A stretch of DNA of 64,000 nt, taken from assembly GCF_016432865.1 (NCBI RefSeq), contig NC_067399.1, positions 224,502,001-224,566,000 on the forward strand, written 5' to 3'. How positions within the stretch are numbered: the first letter of the stretch is position 1; each line of letters begins with the position of its first letter. The notes beneath the pieces are model-generated. The model saw only the letters and a program-made list of their open reading frames with translations. It ran no database searches and was not told the DNA's origin. Positions 1-29,040 of this stretch are shown piece by piece. Position numbers and translations under genes: made by a program. This DNA is from Antechinus flavipes. Lineage: Eukaryota.

Positions 1-308
1 TAGCTATTTATCTCCCAGGATCCTTATAGATCACATCATGTCTATTAAACCAGCTCACACCAAGGCAGCCACAGCAGGTTAGTAGAGGGAAGAGCAACGA
101 GTAGCTCTGTTCTGCAGGCAGACATGTACACAAAGACACACATGACCTGACCAAGCAAACTACATAGAGAACAGTTCTTCCCCCTCCCCATCCCCCATCC
201 CCAACCCCAGTCCTCAGTCCCATGACAGTATGGCTTTTATGCAAGATGGAAAGACCAGGCTCACAGCAACTTAAGAGACACTCCATGGGGAAAGAGCCCC
301 AGATTTAC

Positions 309-359
309 CCCACATTCTGTTGCCTTGTGGGGTCCTGGCTCTTGGGCTGATGAACACAG
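309..359 (-). CDS. CAD: Putative 51-nt alternative (cassette) exon of CAD encoding (A)VFISPRARTPQGNRMW
   Basis: Pyrimidine-rich acceptor ...cctctcttgttatgggcag| at 360, donor GGG|gtaaat at 308; 51 nt, phase 1-1, no stop, in frame after exon 35. Confidence 0.6.
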
Positions 360-613
360 CTGCCCATAACAAGAGAGGAGGAATAAGGGGAAGCTAGGGA
401 GGGGACAATCATCCCTAGTGTTAATTATCAAAATCAAGGATGAAAAAAATGGAACAATCTTGGTAGAAAGGATGGGGATAAGATGGGGAAACAGGAACAG
501 GGAAAGGGCAGGAGCTAGAGTGGGGAGACTCTTTAAACTAGGGGTTAAGCAAGAAGACAATTTGGAAGAAATGCTGAGCCTCCAAAGACCTACTCCTCTA
601 TGCTGAGTCCTTA

Positions 614-19540
<18,927 letters not shown>

Positions 19541-19576
19541 CACACTCACACAGAACCTTTCCTTAAAAAGAGGGGT

Positions 19577-19582
19577 TTTATT
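19577..19582 (-). terminator. Probable ATRAID polyadenylation signal (AATAAA)
   Basis: TTTATT on plus strand, ~200 nt downstream of the ATRAID stop; first canonical hexamer after the stop. Confidence 0.6.
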
Positions 19583-19780
19583 AGGACCCAACTTCCTTTA
19601 CAAACACTTCTAACTTCAAGCCTGATCTAGAACCAGCCAGACCATCTGTAGGAAAGCTCTCCTCTCCACCCTCTACTTTCCTGCACCGCGGGTCAAGATC
19701 CGAGCTGTCTGTGCAAGGAAACTGGCTGTAACAACCACGTAAGAGCTTATACTTTTTTTAGTTCCATAGGAAGACCGGGT

Positions 19781-22700
19781 TCAGGAAGCTTTGATTTTGC
19801 GAAGCTGGGTCCCCCAGAGCAAGATGGAGATGCAAAACGTGGTAGTGCCCAGAATTCCAGAGAACATGAGGAGTGGGAAGGAGCCCTGTAAGCAACATGC
19901 CGGGAGAAACAAAAGTCAGCAGAGCCTTTCAAAGACAAATCTATCTTTCTCATTCCCCCTCACCCAGGCACATCTCTCGAAACAGCAGTTCTCTCCTGGA
20001 GGTGTCTTCAGTGCAGCTGAATCCAACCTACTTCTTGTCCCAAACCCACTTCCCACACCCTAGTGCTCAATGCTCATCCCCAAGTTCATTCACATCCCCA
20101 GTCTTCACCTCACGTAAACACTTGTAGCCATGGAAGCCAGTAGTACAAAGACACTGGAAGAGGCCTGGGCCATCAGAGACACAATATGCATTCTCAGGAC
20201 ACAAAGCTGGCAGGAGAAAAACTGTATTAATGTCAGACCGATTAGATAGTTGAGACTCTCTATACTTCTGGTCCAACCCCAAATCCTTCAAACTGTTTTC
20301 CAGGCCAGCAGCAACAATAGAAAGGATGTGAATAACTTATCTACATAGGGTAAGGATATATGAAATATAAGAAAGCTCTTAAAAATATGCCTGCTAATTA
20401 AAATCAGGGGCTAATTTCCATTTTTTAAAGGGTAGAGTCTAAGGGAAGTCAGACAGTTCCTAGAATTACAGAAGTGAAAACTTGTACCTGGCTCTACAGT
20501 ACTATTGCACTGAATTTGCCCATGGCAGGTACAGCTGTCAGGGCCACAGGTGATATTATCCCACGCATTACTTCCTCCAGGACAGTCTACTTTTCGCGGC
20601 AGCACCCTGAATATAATACATAGTTGTTATACCATGCAGTCAGATATTGCTGATCTTATTATATGTTTCCTATTTTACTCACAGTATCTGGAGCTCAGTG
20701 AAGTTACGAAAGACTGAGGGAGATATATTCAGGAAGGGGTTGGCTTGTAAGTCCCTGCAAATCAAAAACACCCATTGTTACTATGCATTACCTAGGGAAG
20801 CTCCCTAATTCTACTTCTGAGAAGTGAATATTTCTCTCTTATATTTGATAAATATTGTGTTAGAACCAAGATTTCCTCCATCCCCTTTTTTTTCTACTTC
20901 CTCATCCAGAAATCAACTTTTGGGGAGTTACCCAGGTCTAGATCTAATTCAGACAGTAAAAGAAATTCTAAATTTTAGCTAATAGGTGTATTCCTGCTCA
21001 TGTGTTTGCTCAGAGAGGCTTGGGAAAATGTTGATTCTATTATCAAAGATAGGTGATTTGAAAATTGATATCATTTTGACCATTTGAGTGACTTGTCATA
21101 CTCCTCATGACAGACCACCACCTATTGTGTAAAACCAATCAGAGGTGATTACATATCCCTCAGGAATACTTCCTCTTTGAAGAACATATAAACTGTAACC
21201 ACAATGCTGTAGAGGGCTGAACTCTGCAGAAGTATACTTGAAACGAGGTATTAACTCAGCAGAAGTGATGAGATAGATTCTCTAGTTCACATATATACTT
21301 AGTATGGTGATGTAATGGTTCTCTAGTTTATACAATATTCAATATGCTATAATGATATAATTGTACTAAAGTATATAAGGGTGGAGAAGGGCTGGAAATG
21401 ATTCATTCCATTTTTGACCATCCTCCTGATGGCTCTCCTGCCTCCTCCACTTCTACACTAAGATCAAGACTGGGTTAAACTGTGGCAGATATAGATTGTA
21501 AAGAAGACAGACTGTGAAAGAGACAATAAAAACTTTAGACTCTATTCCTGACCATTCTCATGGTGTCTATCCTGCTGAGACCAAGGCCCATCCAAAGGAC
21601 CTCCAAAAAGCTAGCCAGAACATTACACACTGCCATTAGGGGTCTTTAGTTTGAAACAGTCAAAGGACTATCCAGATTGATAACCTGAGAACAGGTAAAA
21701 GGACCCCCAGATTTCTTCTGGAAGGGCTCTCCCCCTCCCCACTTCTTCCCCTACACTTATATCCTGTCAGAGAAAGGGATCTGAGAGCACTTACAGAACA
21801 ATGGCAGAATGGGCCTCAGTAAAGAGTGGGTCCAGTTCTTTCAGGGAACAGTTCTGAAGATCGAGTCTAAAAGAAAAGAAAGGTCAGTGTGATCATGTCC
21901 CTCTTGGCCCAGCCACCAGCAGGACTGTTTTACCACCTGTCTTTTTTGTCTCCTTTTCCAACTAGTCATTGTTTTTGCAGACAACACACCCTAAGTGCTG
22001 GGCTTCATATTAATCGTTACTTCCTGGGACCAACCTGTCAGAATATCTGTGCCTATTAGGAAATAAGGAAAAGGTGCTGTACTTCTCATTTAGAAAAAAG
22101 TTTCTCATATTTTACCAGATTACTGCTGGCTTATTAAAGGATGGTACAAAATTCAAGTTAATAAAAATTGAATTTTTGTTTTTCCTCAAGTACAGATGTG
22201 AATATCCAACTAAACTGCAAAATCCTCTGGATTTAAGACTCTGCTTTAGTATTGTTTTTTCTTCAATATCTTTTATATTTCTTCAACAAATATGTATTGA
22301 AAACCAATCATGTGCTGCGTATTACTATGTAATAGTATTGTGAGCTATTAAACTGGTATGTGTAAAAAGATTCCTGATCTCAAGGAGTTTACAATGTATT
22401 AGAGGGAAAGGAAAAGAACAAGACACACACACAAAATTATTTAGGAATTTGAGAACAACATAAAAATATCATAAAGAAGCATTTGATATCATGTGTTACA
22501 GAGAGATGGATCAGGATTAGCTAGAATAATCAGTGAAGACTTCATAAGAGAAATGAGACAAGCTAAGATGTATATAGAATATAACCAGTATTGTGGGAAG
22601 AAAGGAAAAAAAAAGCATTAACAATCTGGCTACAGCCATATTCATATCACAGAGCAGTTGTTAGAAAAAAAGCTTGTGTCTAGAATGCCAGGCTCAAAAA

Positions 22701-25700
22701 TTTATGCTTTATTCTGGTGGCATAAGAAATATTAAAGTTGATCTAGCAACAAAATAAGCAATATTTCAAAGGACAGAAAGACTAAAGGAAGGAAGACCAA
22801 TTGGGGACTACCAAAACATGCATTCAAGGCTAGATTATAATAATGCCAATGGAAATGGAAAGTAATAGGCTGAAATATGTGAAAAACAGAATAAAGGAAG
22901 AAGGGACAAACTTGATGAACTTACTGGGGCAAAGAAGAGGGAGGAGTCAAAATGATTGGAAGGATATCTTCAGACTGTATTTGAAGCAATTCCATGAAAA
23001 ATTAAACAAGTAACTGGAAATATACATATGATAATATTTTGTCCTTAAAGAATACATTTATTGGTATTCACGTGAAAAAACGCAAGAGAAAGAAATCGTT
23101 ACTGTTGAAATTTTAAAAATAATTTATCTTAAGTTATTTTAGGAAACAAAAAACAAAAAACACATTTATGGATCAAGATAGTTAATACAATCACTAGATA
23201 AAAAAACAACAAAAAAGGCTCAATTTCAAATAGAAAATTCAAAATGCAAAGATGCATAGTCATAAAACTCAGTTCAAATCAATTACTGTTTTCTATTCAG
23301 ATGAAATTGTACAGAGACATTCTGTAACGTTCAAAGGAGGATACATTTCTACACTTGAGACATGTGGTCTTTTTTGCTTTACCACCCAATATTAGCTTTA
23401 GTGGCAAAACAAAAGATATAGATATATATTTTACAAATTTAACAGCAACTATTAATTGTCTATAAAGCTCCTAGGTGGCAAAGTGAATAGGTGGATAGAC
23501 CTAGAATCAATTATCTGAATTCAAAGGTGGCCTCAGGAACCGTCTAGCTGTGTGACCCTAAGTCATTTAAGCTAATTTGCCTTAGTTGCCTGAACAAATG
23601 AGCTGGGGAAGGAAATGGCAAACTATTCCATTATCTTTGCCAAGAAAACCCCAAATCAGATAAGACTGAAAAAACTAAACTTGCTAGGCAAAAGTAACAT
23701 GATACTGCTTTTGTTTAGTAGTTATATAATCAAATAAGACAGGTGGTCCATAGGGCTTTCCCTACCCAAAAGGACATATAGATTAAAAGGTATAAGGACT
23801 ATGTATCTGTAGAGTTGTATTTTGTTATGGGCCCGAACTCTGAACTTGAAACAAAGGATTCTTACAAGGTACTAAGTCAGTGGAATTGATAGAGACAATA
23901 GTTATCTAATTTAGCATGGTTCAGTATGACTGATTTAATCCTATAAGGAGATGTTATGGGCCAGAACTTGAAACAAGGTATTAAGTGGAACTGAAGAGAC
24001 AATGGCTAAATTTAGTTTAGCATAGATTTAATCCTACAACAAATAATGGTGATATAATGATTGGTATATACTCAGTGTGGGGCATATAAACAAGAAGTTC
24101 TCAGGGCTAGAAAGACAAGCGCACTAGAAGCTCTCAGAGCCTCAGACAGCTATTAAAGTTCAAATCCTTTATAATCTCTTTCCAAGTCTTGTCTCCTTTC
24201 CTGCGGCCCAGTTAGCTTTCTTAGAGGCCTTCTGTAGTCTTGGTTCTGAGTACTTGAACTGTTGGCTTCTGAATCTCCCGGACTGAATCCTGGCTGAGGT
24301 TCCTAGCTTATATATGCTCTCTTAAAGGTGTGAATCTTGTAGAACTATAGTAAATACTAAGTACATGTACTGAACTAGAGAATTGCTATCATTGTCTCTA
24401 TCAATTCCACTGACTTAGCACCTTGTTTCAATCCTTTGTTTCAAATTCAGAGTTCTGGACCATAACAGTATTTTGAAAATCAAAAATGATGTTTCAAATC
24501 ATACAACTGTATATAATCACACAGCCTGTTCCTATTTCTTACCCCACAATGGTGCCCTGTTTGGTCAGACAGCAACGTGCGTTCAGCTTTAACTCTTGTC
24601 TCTGTTTACAATAAAGGTCAACCTCTGACTTGTCATATACAGGCCCTGGACAGTATTTGCATATCTGCAGGATGTGAAGAATTAAGGACAGACAAGAAAA
24701 AAAAAAATGATCATAATGCTGACCACCAAATTCTTACCTTATAAAAGAACAAATTCCTACCTTAAAAAGGGACAATGAGATTGCATTATTTCATCATCTA
24801 ATATAGAAAAGTTAAATTCACACTCCAGATTCTCTGAAAGAGGCTCTACTCACCCCTCCCCACATTCTGGCCTGGAGAAGAACATATTCCTCTCTTTTTC
24901 CCTTCTTTTGTGTTAGGTATCAATTCTTTTATTGGGCAATACCCTTCAGAAACTATTCTCCACTCTTTCCAAATCTGAATCTGTTGATAAAAGTTCTTCA
25001 CCTACTTATATATTACCATTTAAAAATATTTATTAAATAAGTACAATAACTTTTAAAATGCAAACCTGTCAAATTGAGGAGACATAAAAGCCTTTTACAA
25101 GAACTCAATACTGGCAACATCCTACAGTTTTAGATCTGCATTAGAGGCAAGCATTTGTTCATGGAGAGTATGAGTTACCCATTAAAATGGTAAAGATAAA
25201 GAAGTGACATTTTAGGAAACTTTAAATTAATAATAGCAGTGTTAGTTCAGACCCATAGAAGGTTATAAAGTGATTTTTGGAGATCATTTCCTTCAACAGC
25301 CTCTGCCTCTAGACCTCAGATTTACTGGGGACCAGAGGTATCCCGGATGTTACTTTGGGTAAATCACTTAAATCTGTCCCTCCTAAACACAACTCAGATT
25401 ATACAATAGAAAGAGCATTGCCTCTGCAGTCCAAGGATCAATCGAATTCAAATTTTATCCTTTAAGTATAAAATACTCTTAAATTCCTGGTCCTCAAGTT
25501 TCCCCATCTGTAAAATGAAGTTGGATTCTGAGGCACCTTCTAGCTGTATAAGATCCCAAGACTAAATGGAAGGAAAGTGACTTGCCCAAGGTCATACAAC
25601 TAATTAAGTGTGAGTGAATAGAGATAGCTAAATAATGCAGGGTATAGAACAGGTCTTAAGACACCAGCTGTGTGACCCTGGCATGTCACTTGACCTCAGT

Positions 25701-26589
25701 CTCTCAGTTTCAGCATCTGTAAAATGGAAATAATACCATCTACCAGCCAGGTTTTGTTTTGTTTTGTTTTGTTTTTTGAGGGGGGGGAGAAGAAATAAGT
25801 GTATGAAATATTTGTAAAATTTCATAATATATTCTGACTTCCAGTTCCAGGCTTGCTTATAACTAAGTAATAATAGTAATTGGAATTTATAATTAATTGT
25901 ACGAACAGCAACAGGTATTTAAATCGATCTTTAGGAGTATGAAGGTCAGAAAAACCTGGGTTTCAGTTCAGTTTCAGAGGAATAAGACGGGTGGCCCTTT
26001 AGCCCTTTCAATCAAGTCCTTTCAATTTCTGCCGCCAGGCAGCTCTCAGAACTCTAAAGCAGTTCATCAGTATTGGTACTAGGAGTTTTCACAAAGGGAA
26101 TTCCCACCCAGATAATGCCAACCCTACACCAGCCATGGTTCTGACCTAAAATTTTGCTAATGTTCGCCCCAATACGTTAATTATCTTGTCACCTCACACA
26201 CATATTGACTCCTTCCGCGGAATACTTGGGTTGATCTTTTACTAACATTTTAGGTCATGTAAGAATCGGGAGGGCACGGGGCGGGGGCTCGGGGGATCAC
26301 GGAAGGGTGACAGTCCAGGAGAAGGTGCCCAGAGGTTTGGGTAGGCCTAGAAGCCTCGGGTTGGCTCGGGGATCCCTGTCCTGTTTTCAGCCCAGCGAAG
26401 GCGAGCGGCGGTGGTGGCGCCAGGGCAAGGCCAGGGGCCGATTATCCCCTTCTCCCACCTCCCCGATCCCACCGATTCTATCTTCAGTACCTCGGGCAGC
26501 GCCGGGGCCCTTCCCGCGCTCAGAGCGAGGAGAAGGGGTATGGCCCTAGACAACCAGCCCAGAGATCGGCTCAGACACACAGGCGCCAT
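19781..26589 (-). CDS. ATRAID: All-trans retinoic acid-induced differentiation factor (APR-3): signal peptide, Cys-rich/LRR-like and EGF-like ectodomain, TM helix; 228 aa
   Basis: Exons 26491-26589, 24543-24664, 21795-21866, 20683-20754, 20488-20606, 20109-20206, 19781-19885 (687 nt, GT-AG). Peptides ICKYCPGPV, ARCCLTKQGTIVGLDLQNCSL, DLQANP, CPENAYCVSDGPGLFQCLCTTGFHGYKCLRE, GSFPLLMFSGILG...LLWGTQLRKIKAS match ATRAID; synteny between SLC5A6 and CAD. Confidence 0.97.
21208..21627 (+). mobile_element. Solo ERV LTR in ATRAID intron 3
   Basis: TG...CA termini (tgtagagggc...gaacattaca), TATA (gtatataag), AATAAA near 21525, 6-bp flanks caatgc/cactgc (TSD with one mismatch). Confidence 0.75.
22290..22950 (-). 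mobile_element. L2 LINE fossil in ATRAID intron 2
   Basis: caacaaatatgtattgaaaacc...cctgatctcaaggagtttacaat L2 3'-end signature; boundaries approximate. Confidence 0.55.
23468..23685 (+). mobile_element. Mar1-type marsupial SINE (CORE plus RTE-derived tail)
   Basis: ctagctgtgtgaccct...aatgagctggggaaggaaatggcaaactattccattatctttgccaagaaaaccccaaat. Confidence 0.75.
23823..24468. mobile_element. Composite of two LTR 5' halves joined tail-to-tail, with ~77-bp terminal inverted repeats and a 6-bp TSD
   Basis: Starts TGTTATGGG, ends CCCATAACA; arms 23823-23899 and 24391-24468 are reverse complements with ~7 differences; flanks gtattt (23817-23822) and gtattt (24469-24474). Confidence 0.8.
25480..25750. 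mobile_element. Cluster of MIR fragments in ATRAID intron 1
   Basis: cctcaagtttccccatctgtaaaatg; gtgacttgcccaaggtcataca; gtgtgaccctggcatgtcacttgacctcagtctctcagtttcagcatctgtaaaatgg. Confidence 0.75.
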
Positions 26590-27300
26590 TTTTTCTCCCT
26601 CTTCCCTTAGAGCATGACGTTGATAATCACGTGTCAGACTACGCGGTGCGTCACCTTGACGTAAACTCCCCTCTCCCACCCCCTAGCCGTGGAATGATCT
26701 TTCAGAGTAAAGTTTCGCTGGCGCCTTGAGGGCTTTGGGAGATGTTCTTTCTTTGCTGGAGAGTGGGTCCTTCCTGCCCCCAACCCTCGAGTTGTTCGAC
26801 GGTCTTCTTAGGATTTCCTTTCCCGATTCCCTTTGGAGGGCAGACCTCCTTTCCTTCCCAGTCTCCATCTGAGGTCCTAGCCTGTTTTCAGCAGGTTCGG
26901 AGGGATTCCTGGACTGGCCTGCAGTTCCGGGGTCGCCTACCCAGCGCCGAACTTCAAGGACTCTAGGGACACTTGATGTACAGCTTTACGTGCCCTCAGT
27001 TAACATGGTGGGCGTAGCCTCTGTGGGCTGCATTTTCTCCAATCAGAAGACGTCGTTGCGGAGGCACGGCAGTGGTGTCATCAATCCGCGCGCTCCCGGC
27101 CCCGAATATCTCCTTCCGAGAAACCCACGTGTGTCTGTGCTACGCTGGGGGTAGCTGCCGCTGGATCAGGTTGGGGTGGGATGGGGGCGGGCCTGAAGAG
27201 CTAGAGATATCTGTTCATCTCGGAGCTGGCGTGCATTATGACTTGGAGGCAAGGAAGTGAAGAGTCTGCCAGCCAGAGGTAAGCAGTGAGGAGGGAGGGC
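26200..27300. promoter_or_regulatory. Bidirectional CpG-island promoter shared by ATRAID (minus) and SLC5A6 (plus)
   Basis: CpG-rich. TGACGT 26615-26620, TCACGTG 26627-26633, TGCGTCA 26647-26653, TGACGTAA 26657-26664, YY1-like GGCGCCATTTT over the ATRAID ATG, CCAAT near 27039; strong plus-strand donor CAGAG|GTAAGC at 27278/27279. Confidence 0.85.
27080..27278 (+). other. SLC5A6: Putative non-coding first exon of SLC5A6 (5' boundary approximate)
   Basis: Consensus donor AG|GTAAGC at 27279 at the downstream edge of the CpG island, following a CCAAT box. Confidence 0.55.
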
Positions 27301-28189
27301 GGGGAAGAAGAAGGATACGAGCATCCCAACCTTGAGATTAGGAAGGGAAAAGCCTTTTTTTTTCTTTTATTTTTATAATTTGGGAAGGGATTCTTTTTGC
27401 AGAATCGGGGTCAGTGCCCTTTGTGGAGGAGATTGTGGCTCGAGCTTGCTACCTGGAGACAAGAATTCTCCATCTAGAGACATCGAGTGAAACAGGGAAG
27501 AAAGGAAAGAGACTGAGTGGATGGGTGACTGGTGATAGAATAAAGTAGGGAGAGAAGAGGAGCCTAGTGGTGGTGGTGGGGGCATGTAAGGGAAGAGATA
27601 GAAATGAAGGGAAGGGAAGAGATTAAGAAAAGACCATTGGATGTCCAGATCTGCCCTTTCTTTAATCGCAGAAAAGCAAATGATGAGGAGCTGGAAAGAG
27701 ATGAAGGGGACTTCTTAGCACTTGTCTAAGCAAAGGAGGTAAGGCTTTTGGGGGACACCATACCAGTCCACGTGGTGGCCTGGACTATATTTCCAGCTTT
27801 GCTGTTTTTGTGACTTGCTAATCTCCAAAATGAGGAGATTGGGTTAGTTTTCTCTAAGGTATATGTCAGTTTCAAATCCTGTAAAAGAGAAGAAAGAGGA
27901 GCCTCTGCTAGGGAGATGGGGATATAAGGAGAGGAGGATGAAGACACTGCTCTTTCAAAGAGTTTTTGAAGTTTCTTCTTCAGAAAGAAGGCAGTAGGAC
28001 TTTTGATAGATTTGTGTTTAAGATGATTTGTTTGAGTATTTTTTGAGCACTTGTATGTATCTGATGGAACAAGGCCTCAGCTAGCTTACAATAGTTTATT
28101 TTTAAGACATTGGAGGTATCTGCATTTTATTTTTTTTATAATTTTTTAAATATTTGTATTTTAAAAGAGAATTCTTAAAAATTAAATCC

Positions 28190-28384
28190 TTCATGTAAAC
28201 ATATATTGTATTTAACTTATACTTTAACATATTTAACATGTATTGGTCAACCTGCCATCTGGGGAAAGGGGTGGGGGGGAAAGAGGGGAAATGTTGGAAC
28301 TAAAGGTTTTGCAGTTGTCAGTGCTGAAAAATTATCCATGCATATATCTTGTAATTAAAAAGCTATAATTAAAAAAAAAAAGAA
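28190..28384 (+). mobile_element. 5'-truncated L1 3' end with A tail
   Basis: Marsupial L1-type 3' UTR (ttaacatgtattggtcaacctgccatctgggga...), A-rich tail, TSD aaaaattaaatcc at 28177-28189 and 28385-28397. Confidence 0.85.
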
Positions 28385-28429
28385 AAAAATTAAATCCGTT
28401 TTTTTTTAATCCCTAAGGAATATCAGACA

Positions 28430-29040
28430 CAATAACAAATTCAATAAGCATTTATTTCAGTTAGTAAAGCTAATCTTTTTAATAATAGCTTTTTATTTTT
28501 CAAAATACATGCAAAAATAGTTTTCAACATTCACACTTCAAACATTTATTTATTAAGCACATACTATATGTTAAGTTCTGTACCAAGCACTAAAGATGAA
28601 AAAGGAAAGCAAAAAAAAGACATTCCTTCTTCTCAAGGAGCTCACAGTTAATGGAGGGGAGACAACATGAAACAACCATGTACAATAAGCTATACATGGA
28701 ATGAATTTGATCCCAGAGAAGGGGCATTTGCATTAAGACAGAAAGTGGTAGTTAGAAAAAACTTTTTTGCAGTAAGTGGATTTAGCTGACACTTGAAGGA
28801 ATCTAGGAATAGGCAGTTATCATTAACAATAACAGAAAAGTTAAGAAGAAGGGAAGACTAAATTACCCTGGCATGCATTCTATCAATAAAAAGTTATTAA
28901 AAAATTAAAAAAAAAAAGAAGGGAAGACTTAAAGAGAAAAATAATTTAGAATTGAATAGGTTGAGTTCAAGATGTTTGTGGGACATTCAGTTTGAAATAA
29001 CCATGTGACAGTTGGAGATATGAGATTAAAAATCAGTACT
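28430..29040 (-). mobile_element. L2 LINE fossil in SLC5A6 intron 1
   Basis: aaacatttatttattaagcacatactatatg...ctcaaggagctcacag...gagttcaagatgtttgtgggacattcagtttgaaat. Confidence 0.6.

Noticed and set aside
26590-26682. In-frame GTG-initiated N-terminal extension of ATRAID (ORF track 26347-26679)
   Set aside because: No ATG, only 31 open codons before a TAG, and it runs through the promoter motif cluster; the TSS is probably downstream of it.
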